DNA of 62,459 bases, counting the filler, from Hausera hauseri (lineage: Eukaryota): NCBI GenBank assembly GCA_046269625.1. It is 12 parts of 12 records of this genome, joined end to end, with 100 filler letters (N's around TTAATTAATTAA, not from the genome) between each part and the next. Parts side by side here need not be neighbours in the genome. Positions count along the whole stretch, not along the records: positions 10,817 to 17,350 come from JBJURY010090099.1; positions 17,451 to 22,954 come from JBJURY010240405.1; positions 23,055 to 27,542 come from JBJURY010557451.1; 9 more parts are not named here. One strand, 5' to 3'. Below are positions 11,235 to 23,652 of the stretch, piece by piece. A program made the translations under genes and the position numbers. How positions within the stretch are numbered: position 1 is the first letter of the stretch; the number at the start of each line of letters is the position of its first letter. The notes beneath the pieces are model-generated. The model worked only from the letters and a program-made list of their open reading frames with translations, had not been told where the DNA came from and ran no database searches.

Positions 11235-14200
11235 TGAATGGAGGGCCATTTTGTCGGGGTCCCGCCTATGGGCCTTACGCGGCAGAAACGGAAGGCCGGC
11301 TGTGCCCAACCAAATGGGCCAAAGGGCACCGGCCGCTGTGGGCACCACATCAGCCCCCCCGTAGCAAAGTGAGAACTATGAAGATCAAAACAAACGGAAA
11401 GAAAAAATCTCTAAACAAAAAGTGTATGTGTCAGTTGGTCTTAGTGTGGACAAGACGTTGGATGACTTCTACTGATTTTTCCCTGCCATGCTTGCTAAAT
11501 GTGACTCTGCGTATTTTGTCTTTATGCCGTGTGTTTGCTTGCAGAGGTTGAAGTTGGGGAAAAATTGTCAGATTTTGTTGTGAGTGTTGTGTCATGCAAA
11601 GACGAGTCAGAAAGAAGAGAAGAAGAAGGCGAAGTAGGAAGAGAGCAAGAAAATGGAGAAGGCGAAGGAAAGGAGTTGGAAGGTGGTATGCAAGAGGTTG
11701 GAATGATGAAAGGGGTAGATAGAGAGATTGGTGAAGTCGAAGTGGTGTCTGGCGGAGGAGGTTTTGTAAAAGGAGAAAGCAAGTTGTCACCAGGAGATGG
11801 AGGAAGTGTTAGAAGGTTTGAGGATGCAAAATCGGATGGGGAAAAGGAGGTTGAACTGTCAGAAGAAATTGAAGTAGATGTCTTTGAAGAAAACGTAGGG
11901 GAAAGTGGGTTAAAGAATTGAGCAGAGATGGAAGGTGAATTATTGGATTGCTGCGCGTCATGTAAAGATGTTGGTGGAGAAGTTGTTTCGATGGGAGACG
12001 TATCTTCAATGAAGAAAGCCAGTTTAGCGTTGTTGATGTGGACTGTTACTTCTTTGTCGTCCTTGAGTATGATGATGTTGTGAGAGTGTAAACGAATTAC
12101 TTTGTAAGGGCCGACATACTGAGGTTGAAAACCGCACGGCGTTTGAATCTTTGGCCATACGAACTTGGCAGTATACAAATCGTCGGGTATGTAAGGTTTA
12201 TTTCCATATAATAGTCTACAAAATGAGTCTTTGCTGATCTCAGTGAAGTGTCTCTGTGCCGCTTGTATGGTTTCATTTGTAGGAATATTTTCCAGCTCAG
12301 CCAGCTCGAACAGTAATTTGATAGAAGTACGAAATAATGCTTCCGCAAGTGAACAGCCTGTAGAAGTAGACTGTGTGTTCCGCCAACCAAGCAGAACGTA
12401 CGGAAGGAGTGTAGTCCAACTGCAATTGGACTCAGCAAGGATTTTGAGAGATGTTTTCATCGTTCGGTGAAAGCGTACGAGAAGACCATTTGATTGGGGA
12501 TGATATGGTGACGTGTGAATGTGGTCAATTCCCAATCGATTGACAATAGCTTTAAACAGGTTGAATTCGAACTGTGGGTCTTGGTCCAAAATGATGTGGT
12601 GAGATAATTTAAACCTGCTGATCCAAGTGCGGATGAAAACGTCTGCGACTGTTTCTGTGTTGGTGCTCCGAAGCGAGACAGCGTCTGACCATCGCGAGGA
12701 ACGGTCCATCATTGTGAGGATGAACTGATGGCCGTTGTCTAAATGTAGTGGGCCGCCAAGATCAATGTGAACAGATTCAAAACGAGACGTGCAGGAAAAA
12801 TGATATAGTGGTGGCTTTAAGTGCTTAGTAACTTTGTATTTTTGGTATGCCACACACTGCCTAACCCATTCCTGCACGTCAGAGCGCATCAACGGCCATA
12901 CTACTTGGCGTTGTAAGAGTCGAAAAGTGTTATTTGCACCAGTATGGTGCAGCTAATAAATGTTGTTTAATGCTTCTTTTTGAAGCGATTCAGAAAGGAT
13001 GGCCTTAGGATTATTATGTTTGGAGGTGTCAAAGGACACACCGTCGATGGTTTTGCACGATTTAAAAGATTTAAGGATGTCAGGAGGTGACTGGTTTTGC
13101 TGAAGTTTGAATTGAGGGAAAATTGGTGTAAAATCAATCGAGCTGACCGATCGGGTCAAAATGTCAGCTACTAAATTGTCGACTCCGTTTAGATGCTTAA
13201 TTTTAAAATTAAATGCTGATAAATACGACATTTGCCTCTCCTGACGTGGAGAAGGCGATTTCATAGTAATAATTTGAAGCCAGGGCTTGCGGTACGTTTG
13301 TATTGTAAACGTTCTTGCACTTAGCAGATGCTTAAGTGTTTTACGGCAAGGACCATTGCAAGCAAATTTCTGTCAAAGGTAAAATATCTTTGCATTTGTG
13401 TTGTGAATTTTTGAGAAAAGAATTCTAATGGCTCATGGGATCCATTTTTAATTTGATGGAAAACAGCACATGCAGTTGTTGTGGATGAATCCGTAGTTAA
13501 GAAGAGTTCTGCATGAGAGTCTGGATAGGCCAGGATTTCCATAGTTTTTAGATTATCTTTAAGGTGATAAAAAGCGTTGACTAGCTTGGCGGTCCTTTGA
13601 ATAGGCTGTTTTTTCTTGCCAGAGCTTATCGATGCGAATGGAGCGGTTAGAGTGGAGCGGTGTGGAACATACTTATGAATAAAGTGCAAGGTTCCGAGAA
13701 AAGAACGCATCTCTGTGGATGTTCGTAGTAGTTGTACGTTTTTGAGCTGTGTGATGCGCTCTGGCTGAGGTAAATGTCCGGAGGAGCTAATAACATGTCC
13801 TAGGAAGTTGACCTTATGTTGCAAAGAATAGCATTTGGAGAAATTAATTTGCAAGTTGTTTTGGTGCAAGCGTTGGACGATTAAACGTAAGTGCTCAGAG
13901 TGTTGTTTCTAGGAAGATGATTCAATTAAGATATCATCGATATAGGGATAAGCAAAGTCTAAACCTGAGAGAACTGTGTCAATATGCCTTTGGAAGGCCT
14001 GAGAAGCGCTACGGAGTCCAAAAGGCATGAAAAGGCATTCGAAAAGGCCGAAAGGTGTAATGGCAGCCATTTTTGGAATGTCTGCCGGGTCCTCCGGAAT
14101 TTGGTGGTATGCTTTGTGTAAATCAATGCAGGAAAAGATGGTCGAACCATAAAGCCTGTGAAAGATATCGTTGATTAATGGTAGTGGGTAGGAATCCATT

Positions 14201-16770
14201 GTTGTTATGATGTTGAGTTGGCGGTAATCACCGCATGGGCGAAAGGTACTATCTTTTTCTAAAACCACATGCAGTGGTGAAGACCACGACGATTTGGGTC
14301 TTCTGATTATTCCTGATCTTTCCAGTTCGAGAATCTCAGCCTCTACTGCCTGTCTGCGGCGAGGCGATAGCGGGGAGTCCTTTTGACGTATTGTTCTTTG
14401 ATGTGCTGATACTATGTGATGGAAGGTGGATTGAGGTGGTACGAATGATTTGTCCTTTTGCAACAGACGCGTGCATGAAGACGAGATGTATTTCTGAAAG
14501 TCAGAGGGCAACGATGAAAAGTTATCAGGCGGTGTCGATGCATCGTGACTGGTTGCAGTTGAGGTATGAGTTGTAGGCAACGTTTTGCGACAAGTGGTAT
14601 TTGGTGCAGGATGTTCGTGTTGAAGATGGTGTTGGCAGCTGTACTGTCAGTAATAGGTGCACCACAGTTGACAATATCGTATTTGTTGCCGTAATAAAAA
14701 TTTCTATATAACGAATGATTATAAAAATAATTTAAATTGGGTGGTCACCGAAATGGTGCTAATTTGATTAAAATTATTGCCGCTGTTTAAGTAACATCGT
14801 TGCCAGTCTACAAGTAAATTATAGTGGGACAGAAAGTGTTTGGGAAATTTGGAAGTGTGAAAGTTAATTTGGTAACAAAAGTTTGTAAAGGTTCACCGGA
14901 CGCAGTGAACAATTGCTTTTTTGAAGTGAAATTGGTTTGATTGTGCTGTGTTGGTGGTAGTAAAGAGATTGCTGCGCCGGTGTCTATGAGAAAATTGATA
15001 TTTTGCTTTGTTGGAATGACGACTGCCGCTGCCAACGTGAATACAGTAAAAAGTGTGTCAGCTATCGTTTTGTAGTTTGTTGCCTTTGCTAGAACTTGCT
15101 GTGTGTCCTAGCGGCGAGATCAGTTTTTTGTAACCGGTGAGTTTGGCCTACTGTTTTGTGTGGGTTTAATGATGTTGATTTTATTGTGCGTGTTGCAGTT
15201 ACAGCCAGGTAGGCATTTTTGTGCTTTTGTTCCAAATTTTGCGTGATAGATGCAAACAATGTTGCTTGTATGAAAATTGGGGAGTAAAATTTACAACCGA
15301 TGCAGCATTTCTGAGCATTATTACCGAATTTGTTATGGTAGTAGCAAATAGATGACCGTGCAGGCGAAGGCGACCGTCTTTGTCGCTGATTAAATACATT
15401 AGGGGAAGCAGCCCTAGAAAAACTCCGTCGAGGCAGCGTTAACTCATTTAATTTGTCGTTTATGTTTTTAATATTTTTTGCAACATTTCATTTTCTGTGC
15501 GTAATTGCGCAATTTGTTGCTACAGCATTGCACTTTGTTATTGTTGGTTTGTTGTTAATGCCGCAGAGACAGTTGGTGTTGTGTGTGAGTGCAGCACTTC
15601 ATAAGCTTTGTCTGCTAGTTCGGCTAACTTTTCCAGTGCCGTGGAGTCCTCGACCACAGTGAGCAAAGCTCTTATTTGAAGGGCAATGCATTTAAAAAGT
15701 AACGACGAAGAAGTTTTATACTATGCTCAGATGTTACGCTAAGGGTATTAAGGTAAGACAAAGATGTGCACAAGAATTCAGAAGGCTTTTGAAAGCCCAT
15801 AGCGTTGTCATTGATGAACCTTTGAATGATAGTGTCGATTGACGGCTCAGTGAGCTTAAGAACGGCATTATAAAGTTGAGCATATGGATCGGTGTGGTGA
15901 AGAATGTCGATAATGTTTGTAATTTTAGTTTTGATGGAAGCAGGTAAATGAAAAACACGCTGTTGGCTTTGTATAAGCGGCGACGATGTTTTGTGATTAG
16001 AGCCAGAATTGATGCAGTTTTAGCCATGTTTTGGTAAAATTTTGGCTGTCGAAAAAGTATTCTGTGCAGGGTGAATGAGTAGAAAGTGTGTGTTCTGTCG
16101 GAGTGGTTGAAGCAATTTGTTTGGGTAGAAAAGTGATGGTGATCAGTAGTTTGGTGGGTTTGTCCGTAGTATCAGTAGTGGCTGATGAATCCATGCCACC
16201 ACGGATGCGGACGTGTATATGAAGACAGATATAAGATGAAGAAGATTGCAGGGTCCCAACGAGAGGTACCGTGGAGTCGTGGTATGTGCGATAAAAGTCA
16301 GATGAGCGAAGAAAAGTGGAGATAAAGTTGTAGATGTCTGTGGTGTTTGCGTGTGTTGATGCAATTGTGTAAATGTGTTGGTTGTTTAAAAAAGAGAGAA
16401 AGTAAGGTGGGCGTATAACCAGGGGCGTGTATTGGGGCGTCAGCGAGCGGTGCCGTCCGACCCAATGGTATAGGGTAGGCGGCCCGGAATTCAGCCTTGC
16501 CGCAGCGGATCCCAAACGTCGGGGTGACCGAGTTCCCCAAAGGAATGGTAGGTTCGGGACGCGTATTATCAGACATGTGTATTTGATGACTATTGGAATT
16601 GGACGGTTTCAATCAGAGTATGAATATAGTCTTTGCTGGTTTGTGAAACCCAAGCTTTCTCTCCAGGTGGAATGTAAAATGACAGGAATCCCGATTTGAC
16701 GATGAATAAAACTGACGACGCATGTCGGATAGGTGGCACTTCGGTTGGGCAGTATTTAAATGCTATAACA
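11235..16770 (-). mobile_element. Ty3/gypsy LTR retrotransposon family A, near full length, degenerate
   Basis: Gag about 15100-16200; protease FLIDTGAAIS (14808-15035); RT RPCGDYRQLN...YIDD (13909-14580); RNase H TTDSS (13321-13869); integrase VHIDL..LDQ..HPQSNG (11522-12892). G7 PPT at 11354-11360; Trp-like PBS remnant near 16517-16531. Confidence 0.92.
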
Positions 16771-17724
16771 GTTGAGCACTGAGTATTGAGGGCTGCGATA
16801 TTACTGTTAACTCGGAGTACGTATTGACAGTTTGAGAGTTTTGCTTTATAGATGATTCTTGATTATGAACGCACGTTTTATAAGATATGTAAGTTTTATG
16901 AAGAAAGTATGAGCACTGTGGCGATAAAGCGATATTAGCCATGAGTAGAAGTCTAGCATCTTTACTATGTATAATGTTTTTGATTTTTCCGTTGTGTCTT
17001 AAAATACCTTGTGCATCGCTATTTAAGCACGATGCATGTATTGACCATTCATGACAAATGAAAGGGGAGCCGTGCATTATAGCATTTATAAATGTACAAG
17101 TACTTCTGAATAAGAAAATCTTTGACTTATCTAATCTAAATTCAGTTGCATTTGTTACATATACATTTACGAAAAAACAAAATCTCAGTAGGGCTTATGA
17201 TAAAATGTCTGAAATGGGTAAAATGAAATGCTCTGGTTGATTTATCAATAATGAGCAATAATTACCGTGTTCCGCTCTATATGGTCCATCCCGGTACGTC
17301 GCCGGTGAATATCCTTGATGGATGTTTCTGGCCGCCGGAGGACTGCTGAANNNNNNNNNNNNNNNNNNNNNNNNNNNNNNNNNNNNNNNNNNNNTTAATT
17401 AATTAANNNNNNNNNNNNNNNNNNNNNNNNNNNNNNNNNNNNNNNNNNNNTATAGTTATGATCGACAAGTTGCTGCTTTGTGTCACTTTGACAAGTCACC
17501 AACCTTCAAGCCGTAACAGCTGTCAAAATATCCAGTTTTCCAACGCTTTTGATATTTTTGAAATTTCTAATATGATTATTCTATCTAGAGTAAGAAGTGT
17601 TTTTTATTTACCTTCTCAAGCAATTTTTTAGGGTTGCTTAACTGTAAACACAGTAAATTAATTTAAATAAAATCTGCAATAAAAGAAGTACAAGGAAAAA
17701 GATAGTTGCAACATCTTAAAGGGA

Positions 17725-17886
17725 TTGAAAAGGGTTACTCCATTACAATTAGCAGTTAAAAGAAATTGTGCTTCGTGTATTAACCTGTTATGTCAACAAA
17801 GTAGTTTGAAAATAAATATCCAAGATGCTAAGGGCCAAACAGCATTACTTGTGGCTTGTCGTTTGAACAGAAAGGAAATCTGTAAG
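17725..17886 (+). CDS. Ankyrin-repeat exon fragment
   Basis: TPLQLAVKRNCASCINLL...INIQDAKGQTALLVAC followed by the donor AAG|GTAAAT. Confidence 0.6.
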
Positions 17887-18825
17887 GTAAATTTTGATAA
17901 CAAATACTTTATATATTCAGGTAAAAGACTTAGAACCAATATCTTTTGTCACTGAACAGCAACAACTACATTATTTTATCATATCGTTTATCATATGATT
18001 TGTCATGTCACAATTATTATCATAAACAATGGGGTTCAGATCCATTGCAACAAAGTCGAGATAGATAATTCAAACAAACGAATATGCGATTTTTGCTAAT
18101 CACTCTGCATGTAAGAGGGACTTTTGTAATGACTTTATTGATACACTTGTTCTGTATTTCTTATTTTTGTATTGCGTAAAACTATTTTACACAAGAATTG
18201 TAAATTTATTTTACAGAGGATTTTATCAATATATTTAATAAATCTTTAAATGAAATGGTACCATAGTTCGAAAAAGTAACAAAACATTTAGTATTTTTTG
18301 TGATGCAAGTCGATATATACATACATATTGTTGGAAAAACCGGCATGATGGAACAGGGAAGCCAGTTTTACATGGTTAAAATCAGACCTTATTCTACCCC
18401 TCAGCTGAAAGGAATGTCTGTATTTCCATTATTATCAATTTTTCTGCTATTATTAATCATATTTTCTGCTTCTGCAAAGTATAAGGATGTGTAAAACATT
18501 AGTACGCTTTTCTTAAGAACATGTAGTTAAGAAGAAATAATTGAGTGTTGTGTTACTGTTATGATTTGCTTATTATTGAAATGTGTAACACATACGTGTG
18601 CTTTTCCATTGAGTATAGTGTTAATGTTTTTCCATTTTTTGATGAAGGAATAGGAAGCAGATAAGGGCCTGAAACTTCAGCAAGGCTGAAGTCTTTGAAG
18701 TCTTAGACAAAGAAGGAATTGAGCGTTTATCTGTCACTCTTATGCATAATCATGTACTAACCTAATGAATAACTTAACTGTTGGAAAGTTTTGTAAGTAT
18801 TGCAGCAATGTATACTTGGTTGAAA

Positions 18826-18912
18826 AGTTTTGCAGTAGATCAAAGTGTTCTGTGTGAAGCTTAATTATAAGTTTTGAAGTAGATCAAAGTGTTTTTGTGT
18901 GAAGCTTAATTA
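18826..18912. repeat. Tandem duplication, about 44 bp x2
   Basis: aagttttg(c/a)agtagatcaaagtgtt..tgtgtgaagcttaatta occurs twice in tandem. Confidence 0.8.
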
Positions 18913-19779
18913 CTGCCTGAGGCGAGGATTAAAACAAGAACAAAGTAAATCCATTAAAATGAGATGAAAGAAACATTGTAAAACTCTGCTCGCTTTGAAG
19001 AGTCACTCTGAGCGAATCTCTATGTTAATAAGCAAGGCAATTATAAGGTTGCCGGAGGCGAGTAACAAAGTTGCAATTATCCCAATAGAGGGCCCTTTGA
19101 AGCAACTTAGTTAATATGCAAATGCTGCCTGAAAGAGAAGCTTTGATCTATCACAGATGGCCGGAACTCTTGTGATCTCACATCTGCTCAGAAACAGAGA
19201 GTTGATTGGTTTGAGCAGCAAACCCTCCCATAGGGGGAAAAGAAGATGGTTATAAAAACCCACTGTTCCGACAGGAACAGGGCCAAGTTCTACCAAGACA
19301 TCTGACGAGCATTGAGGATCACGGACTGAAGCAGCTTGGAGGAAGACGGGGTCGCCCGAAGGAGTTGTTAGATCGTGTCGGTCTGAGGCGGAGTTGGACT
19401 TAGTTCTCCTTCGTTTGTCGAGACGGGGCACGTCTACTTCTTCCGTTGACTTGGTCCAGGGCTCGATCCAAAACCCCAATGTTTCCAGATTCGGATCAGC
19501 TGCTATTTCCTCAGGAGAAGCCTGTATTTCCCTCCTGGAAAACAGGAAATATGCCTTTTGCCCTCGTGAAAACGTCCGAGGACTGTCTCGAACCCAAGGT
19601 AAAAGGACTCCCCGTCCAAATGCTCTAAATAAAATATTTTATCAGATCAGGCCATCAGCACACAAAATAAATTTAAGGAAGCTAAAAAACTAGGTTCTGG
19701 AGGGATCGCTCAGAGACGGCTCAGAGAAGCAGGAGTGTTGAGGAAAGAAAAAGCATTGGCTTGAGTTGTGAAGAGGTTG

Positions 19780-22689
19780 CAGACCTGGGCATTTAACGGC
19801 CCTCGGGCCAGATACGGCCCTTTGCCTGTCCCTGTCCGGCCCGCGCCCCCGTCCCCCCTCCAGTCAAAAATAAAAACGGATTTTGGTGTGCATGCGATGC
19901 AGCTGTCTTTTATTTTGAAAGGGCCTGACGCATTGTTTCTGAATGCGTCACATAGACGCTAACGCACAGTGACTTGATGCAAGCATCCCAATCCCTGATC
20001 AACACAAAATGTCGTCTCACGGTAAAAAAAGAAAAGTTGATTTAGAATGCCGCGTTTTCAACAAGGCATGGACAGCGACATATTTATTTACAGAGGTCAA
20101 AGGTAAAGCTGTGTGTTTAGTTTGTGGTGTGTCAGTGGCTGTGCTAAAGGAGTATAATATCCACCGTCACTACGTGACTAAACACGGGGAGAAATACAAG
20201 AACTTTTCAGAGAAAGAGCGCGCAGCTGAGTCGTCTGTGTTGCTAGCCAAGCTGCAATCTCAACAAACAATTTTTACAAAACGTTTGACATCCAGAGGTG
20301 CTGCAGTCAAGACAAGTTTTGTCATATCGCACAAGATTGCTAGAAAGAGCAAACCCTTCTCTGATGGAGAGTTTATCAAGGAGTGTTTGGTGGAGTCGTC
20401 TGCGCTAATTTGTCCCGAGAAAAAAGACGCTTTTGAGAATGTCTCGCTCTCCCGCCGCACCGTAACGAGGAGGATTGAGGACATCGCGAAAAACCTGGTG
20501 CTACAGTTGAAAGACAGCGTGAATGACTTTGAGTACTTTTCCCTGGCTTTGGATGAGAGCTGTGATATACGGGACACTGCCCAGCTGCTCATCTTCATGC
20601 GCGGGATCAGTGCAGACTTCAGAATCACAGAGGAGCTGGCAGACATGCGGTCAATGAAAGGGACAACCATGGGGAGTGATCTCTTATCTGAGGTAAATGC
20701 ATGTCTCGAAAGCTTGGGGCTGAAATGGGACAAACTGGTGGGCGTGACAACAGATGGGTGTCCAAGTCTCACAGGAAAAAAAGTTGGTCTATTAAAGCGA
20801 ATCCAGGACAAAGTGGCAGAAAAGAACTCTGATCAGAAATTAACTTTTTTTCATTGTATTATACATCAGGAAGTGTTGTGCAAGTCAGTGTTACAAGTGA
20901 ATCACGTTGTTGATGTTGTAACTAAAACAGTTAACTTTATCAGATCAAGGGCACTGAATCATAGACAGTTTGTTTCACTTTTAGAAGAAATGGAGACTGA
21001 CCACCGTGACCTAAGCTACCACACACACATCAGGTGGCTGAGTTTGGGAAAAGTGCTGAAAAGATTCTGGGACCTGAGAGAGGAGATTCGGGAGTTCTGT
21101 GTGAGGAAAGGACATGCCATCCCTCAGCTTTCAGAGGCAGACTGGCTGGCAGATCTTGGTTTTACTGTTGATGTGACTGCTCAGATGAATGAACTAAATG
21201 TGAAACTGCAAAGCAAGGGCCTTTTTGTGTATGAAATGTACAGTGCAGTCAAGGCCTTCAGTAGGAAGTTGCAGCTTCTGTTGAGCCAAATCAGGGATAA
21301 TATTCTCACTCACATGCCAACACTGAAGCAAGTCACCCCATCAGCAGATCAGCTCCAAAGGTTCTCATCCATGTTAGAAGCACTGCATGTCGAGTTTTTA
21401 AGGCGATTTCAAGACTTCAAAACTGTTGAGAGTGAAATGCACATGGTGTCTTCTCCCTTCACCTGCAGTGCTGATGATGCATCCAGTGATGTTCAGATGG
21501 AACTCATTGACTTGCAGTCTGACACACTTCTGGCAGACCGCTTTGGGTCAGTCCCACTGCCTGAGTTTTACGCTTCACTCAAACAGGAGAACTTTCCGCA
21601 CTTAAGGAGACATGCTCAAAAGATCCTTGTGCTCTTCGGATCTACATATGTATGTGAGCAGACATTTTCAGTGATGAAGTTCAACAAATCCAGATACAGG
21701 TCTTCCATTACTGATGATCACCTCGCAGCTGTCCTGCGCATAGCCACATCAGACATTCAGCCAGATTTCAATGCACTTGTTGATGCCCAAGACAGACTGG
21801 ACTTTTCTCATTGAAGAAGTAAACTAGTATAGAACATTATATTTGACACTTTATTTTCCTTTTAGTACTTCAGTTGTGGAGTACTTTGTTTGTAGTAGAG
21901 GATTTTGCAATAGTCAGAATATTTTTGATCCTTTGTCAGTTCTTACAGGTTTTCAAGTATTCAAAGGTAGTCTTTTTCTTTTCTATTTCTCTTCAAACAC
22001 AAGTCCCCCCCTCCTCATCCATCCCTCTGCACACTGCTTTGCTCTCTGTTCTCACTGTCCCTTTCCACCCTCCTAATTAAGATAGGCCGAGCTCCTGGCT
22101 AAAACAACAGTCTGTCAGAGGATCGCTTTCCTTAATTTTGTAGTTATTGTATTGTTACCTAAAGTGCTGTTACTTTTGTGTGTACCTCTTTTTAAGGTTT
22201 TATCGTTCAAAGTACTTTGTGGTACTTTTTCCCCATTACTTTCAATCTGATTGGGGGTACTTTTGTGTTATTTTGTCCTTTTATTCAAGTTGCAGCACTT
22301 CAGGTCCTTCATGTCTTTCCAATACAAAAACCATTTATTGTTCATGTACAGTTGATCAGTTGTTCTACAATACAAAACATTTCAGTTGTGAAGATATTAA
22401 CAAGTTAAAAATAAAATTCAAATGTGATGACTTTGTTTGTTTAAACTATTAATTTGATAGAATCAGTATTAATTCTCACTTCAACCTAAACCACAATTTG
22501 TTCATGTTTGTAAATATATTAATTTTCTTATTTAATACCAAACAAATCTGATTTAAATATTTTACTATAAAAAGAAATACAATGAGAAAACATAAATCTA
22601 TATTAAATTTGAGTCATTGCTGTTTCGGCCCTCCAACACATTTCAGATTTTTCATGCGGCCCCCTGAAGAAATTAATTGCCCACCCCTG
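19780..22689 (+). mobile_element. Full-length hAT transposon, Buster/Charlie/SPIN group
   Basis: Imperfect TIRs CAGACCTGGGCATTT ... AATTGCCCACCCCTG, subterminal CGGCCC motifs, and 3' flank CAGTAGAG fitting the nnnTAnnn target consensus. Confidence 0.9.
20009..21814 (+). CDS. Intact hAT transposase (SPIN/GTF2IRD2-like), 601 aa
   Basis: BED-like CLVC...HRHYVTKH, LALDES, TTDG, CIIH, RW, CEQTFS; uninterrupted ORF. Confidence 0.95.
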   Translation: MSSHGKKRKVDLECRVFNKAWTATYLFTEVKGKAVCLVCGVSVAVLKEYNIHRHYVTKHGEKYKNFSEKERAAESSVLLAKLQSQQTIFTKRLTSRGAAVKTSFVISHKIARKSKPFSDGEFIKECLVESSALICPEKKDAFENVSLSRRTVTRRIEDIAKNLVLQLKDSVNDFEYFSLALDESCDIRDTAQLLIFMRGISADFRITEELADMRSMKGTTMGSDLLSEVNACLESLGLKWDKLVGVTTDGCPSLTGKKVGLLKRIQDKVAEKNSDQKLTFFHCIIHQEVLCKSVLQVNHVVDVVTKTVNFIRSRALNHRQFVSLLEEMETDHRDLSYHTHIRWLSLGKVLKRFWDLREEIREFCVRKGHAIPQLSEADWLADLGFTVDVTAQMNELNVKLQSKGLFVYEMYSAVKAFSRKLQLLLSQIRDNILTHMPTLKQVTPSADQLQRFSSMLEALHVEFLRRFQDFKTVESEMHMVSSPFTCSADDASSDVQMELIDLQSDTLLADRFGSVPLPEFYASLKQENFPHLRRHAQKILVLFGSTYVCEQTFSVMKFNKSRYRSSITDDHLAAVLRIATSDIQPDFNALVDAQDRLDFSH

Positions 22690-22743
22690 CAGTAGAGTAA
22701 TACGTCCATATGAGTCTTCTTTCACTTCTTTGTCTGGACGAAT

Positions 22744-22810
22744 CCGTATCACTCCGCCGTATCACTCCGCCGTATCACTTCGCCGTATCACTTCGCCGTA
22801 TCACTCCGCC
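22744..22810. repeat. 13-bp minisatellite x5
   Basis: CCGTATCACT(C/T)CG repeated five times. Confidence 0.9.
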
Positions 22811-23652
22811 TTTGTCCTGGGGGTAACACGTCTGTAACCTTCCACCAATGTAATTTTCCGTCTGTCAACAACTCGCCCCACTACTCTCCCACCCCCGTTC
22901 TTCCTTCTTCTTCTTCTTCAGTTTTATATTGGCGGTTGGCAACAACTTGCTGCGNNNNNNNNNNNNNNNNNNNNNNNNNNNNNNNNNNNNNNNNNNNNTT
23001 AATTAATTAANNNNNNNNNNNNNNNNNNNNNNNNNNNNNNNNNNNNNNNNNNNNCAAAAGGCAGTCGGAAATAATGAAAAATCTGTTGTTGTTGTACTAA
23101 ATACATGGTAATGTCAAAGAACATGAAGACCTTTAGATCCTGATTTCCCATCAATTTACTGGAGAATCATTTACCAAAGATGGCGATGCCGAAAGCCCTA
23201 CACGAATCATAAAAGAACACGAAACTGTAATTAATGGAAAATGCACTTATAATCCAAAAAGTTTTGCCACGTAACATATTCGACAAAAACCACAGTTGCA
23301 TAGTTTACTGTGACAAAAATATTCGAAGTAAAAATGTCTGTCTGACTTGACAAATTGATTTTGTTCATTAAACAAGCCGCAAAACGGCATTTGAAAAAAG
23401 TCAACAGAAAATTTGTTTACTCATCAAATTTCCTTAAGAGTCAGGACGAAGTAAATATCGTGGAATTTTTGGAATAATCTACTATTCTCGGTACTTCTGT
23501 ATCACTGGTATGGATCAACAATATTACAATTTGTCGATCATTTTTCTGATTGGTCAAAATGAACTGGATGAATCGACCAGTCAAATAATGCAAAAATAAA
23601 CAATCATTTCATTAGATAATTGAGTTTGTACATTTTTTCTTATGTGACAACT

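Noticed and set aside
11294-11349. HDV-like ribozyme
   Set aside because: P3, P1.1, P4 and the catalytic J4/2 strand are not identifiable; kept only as a structured element.
11529-11921. Glu/Gly-rich plus-strand ORFs (also 33574-33918)
   Set aside because: Antisense shadows of the S/P/T-rich integrase tail.
19111-19693. Overlapping ORFs left of the hAT
   Set aside because: No recognisable motifs; possibly another repeat, but it cannot be assigned.
22744-22810. Short repeat arrays (also 25862-25912) as CRISPR-like arrays
   Set aside because: Direct tandem units with no spacers, in a eukaryotic context.
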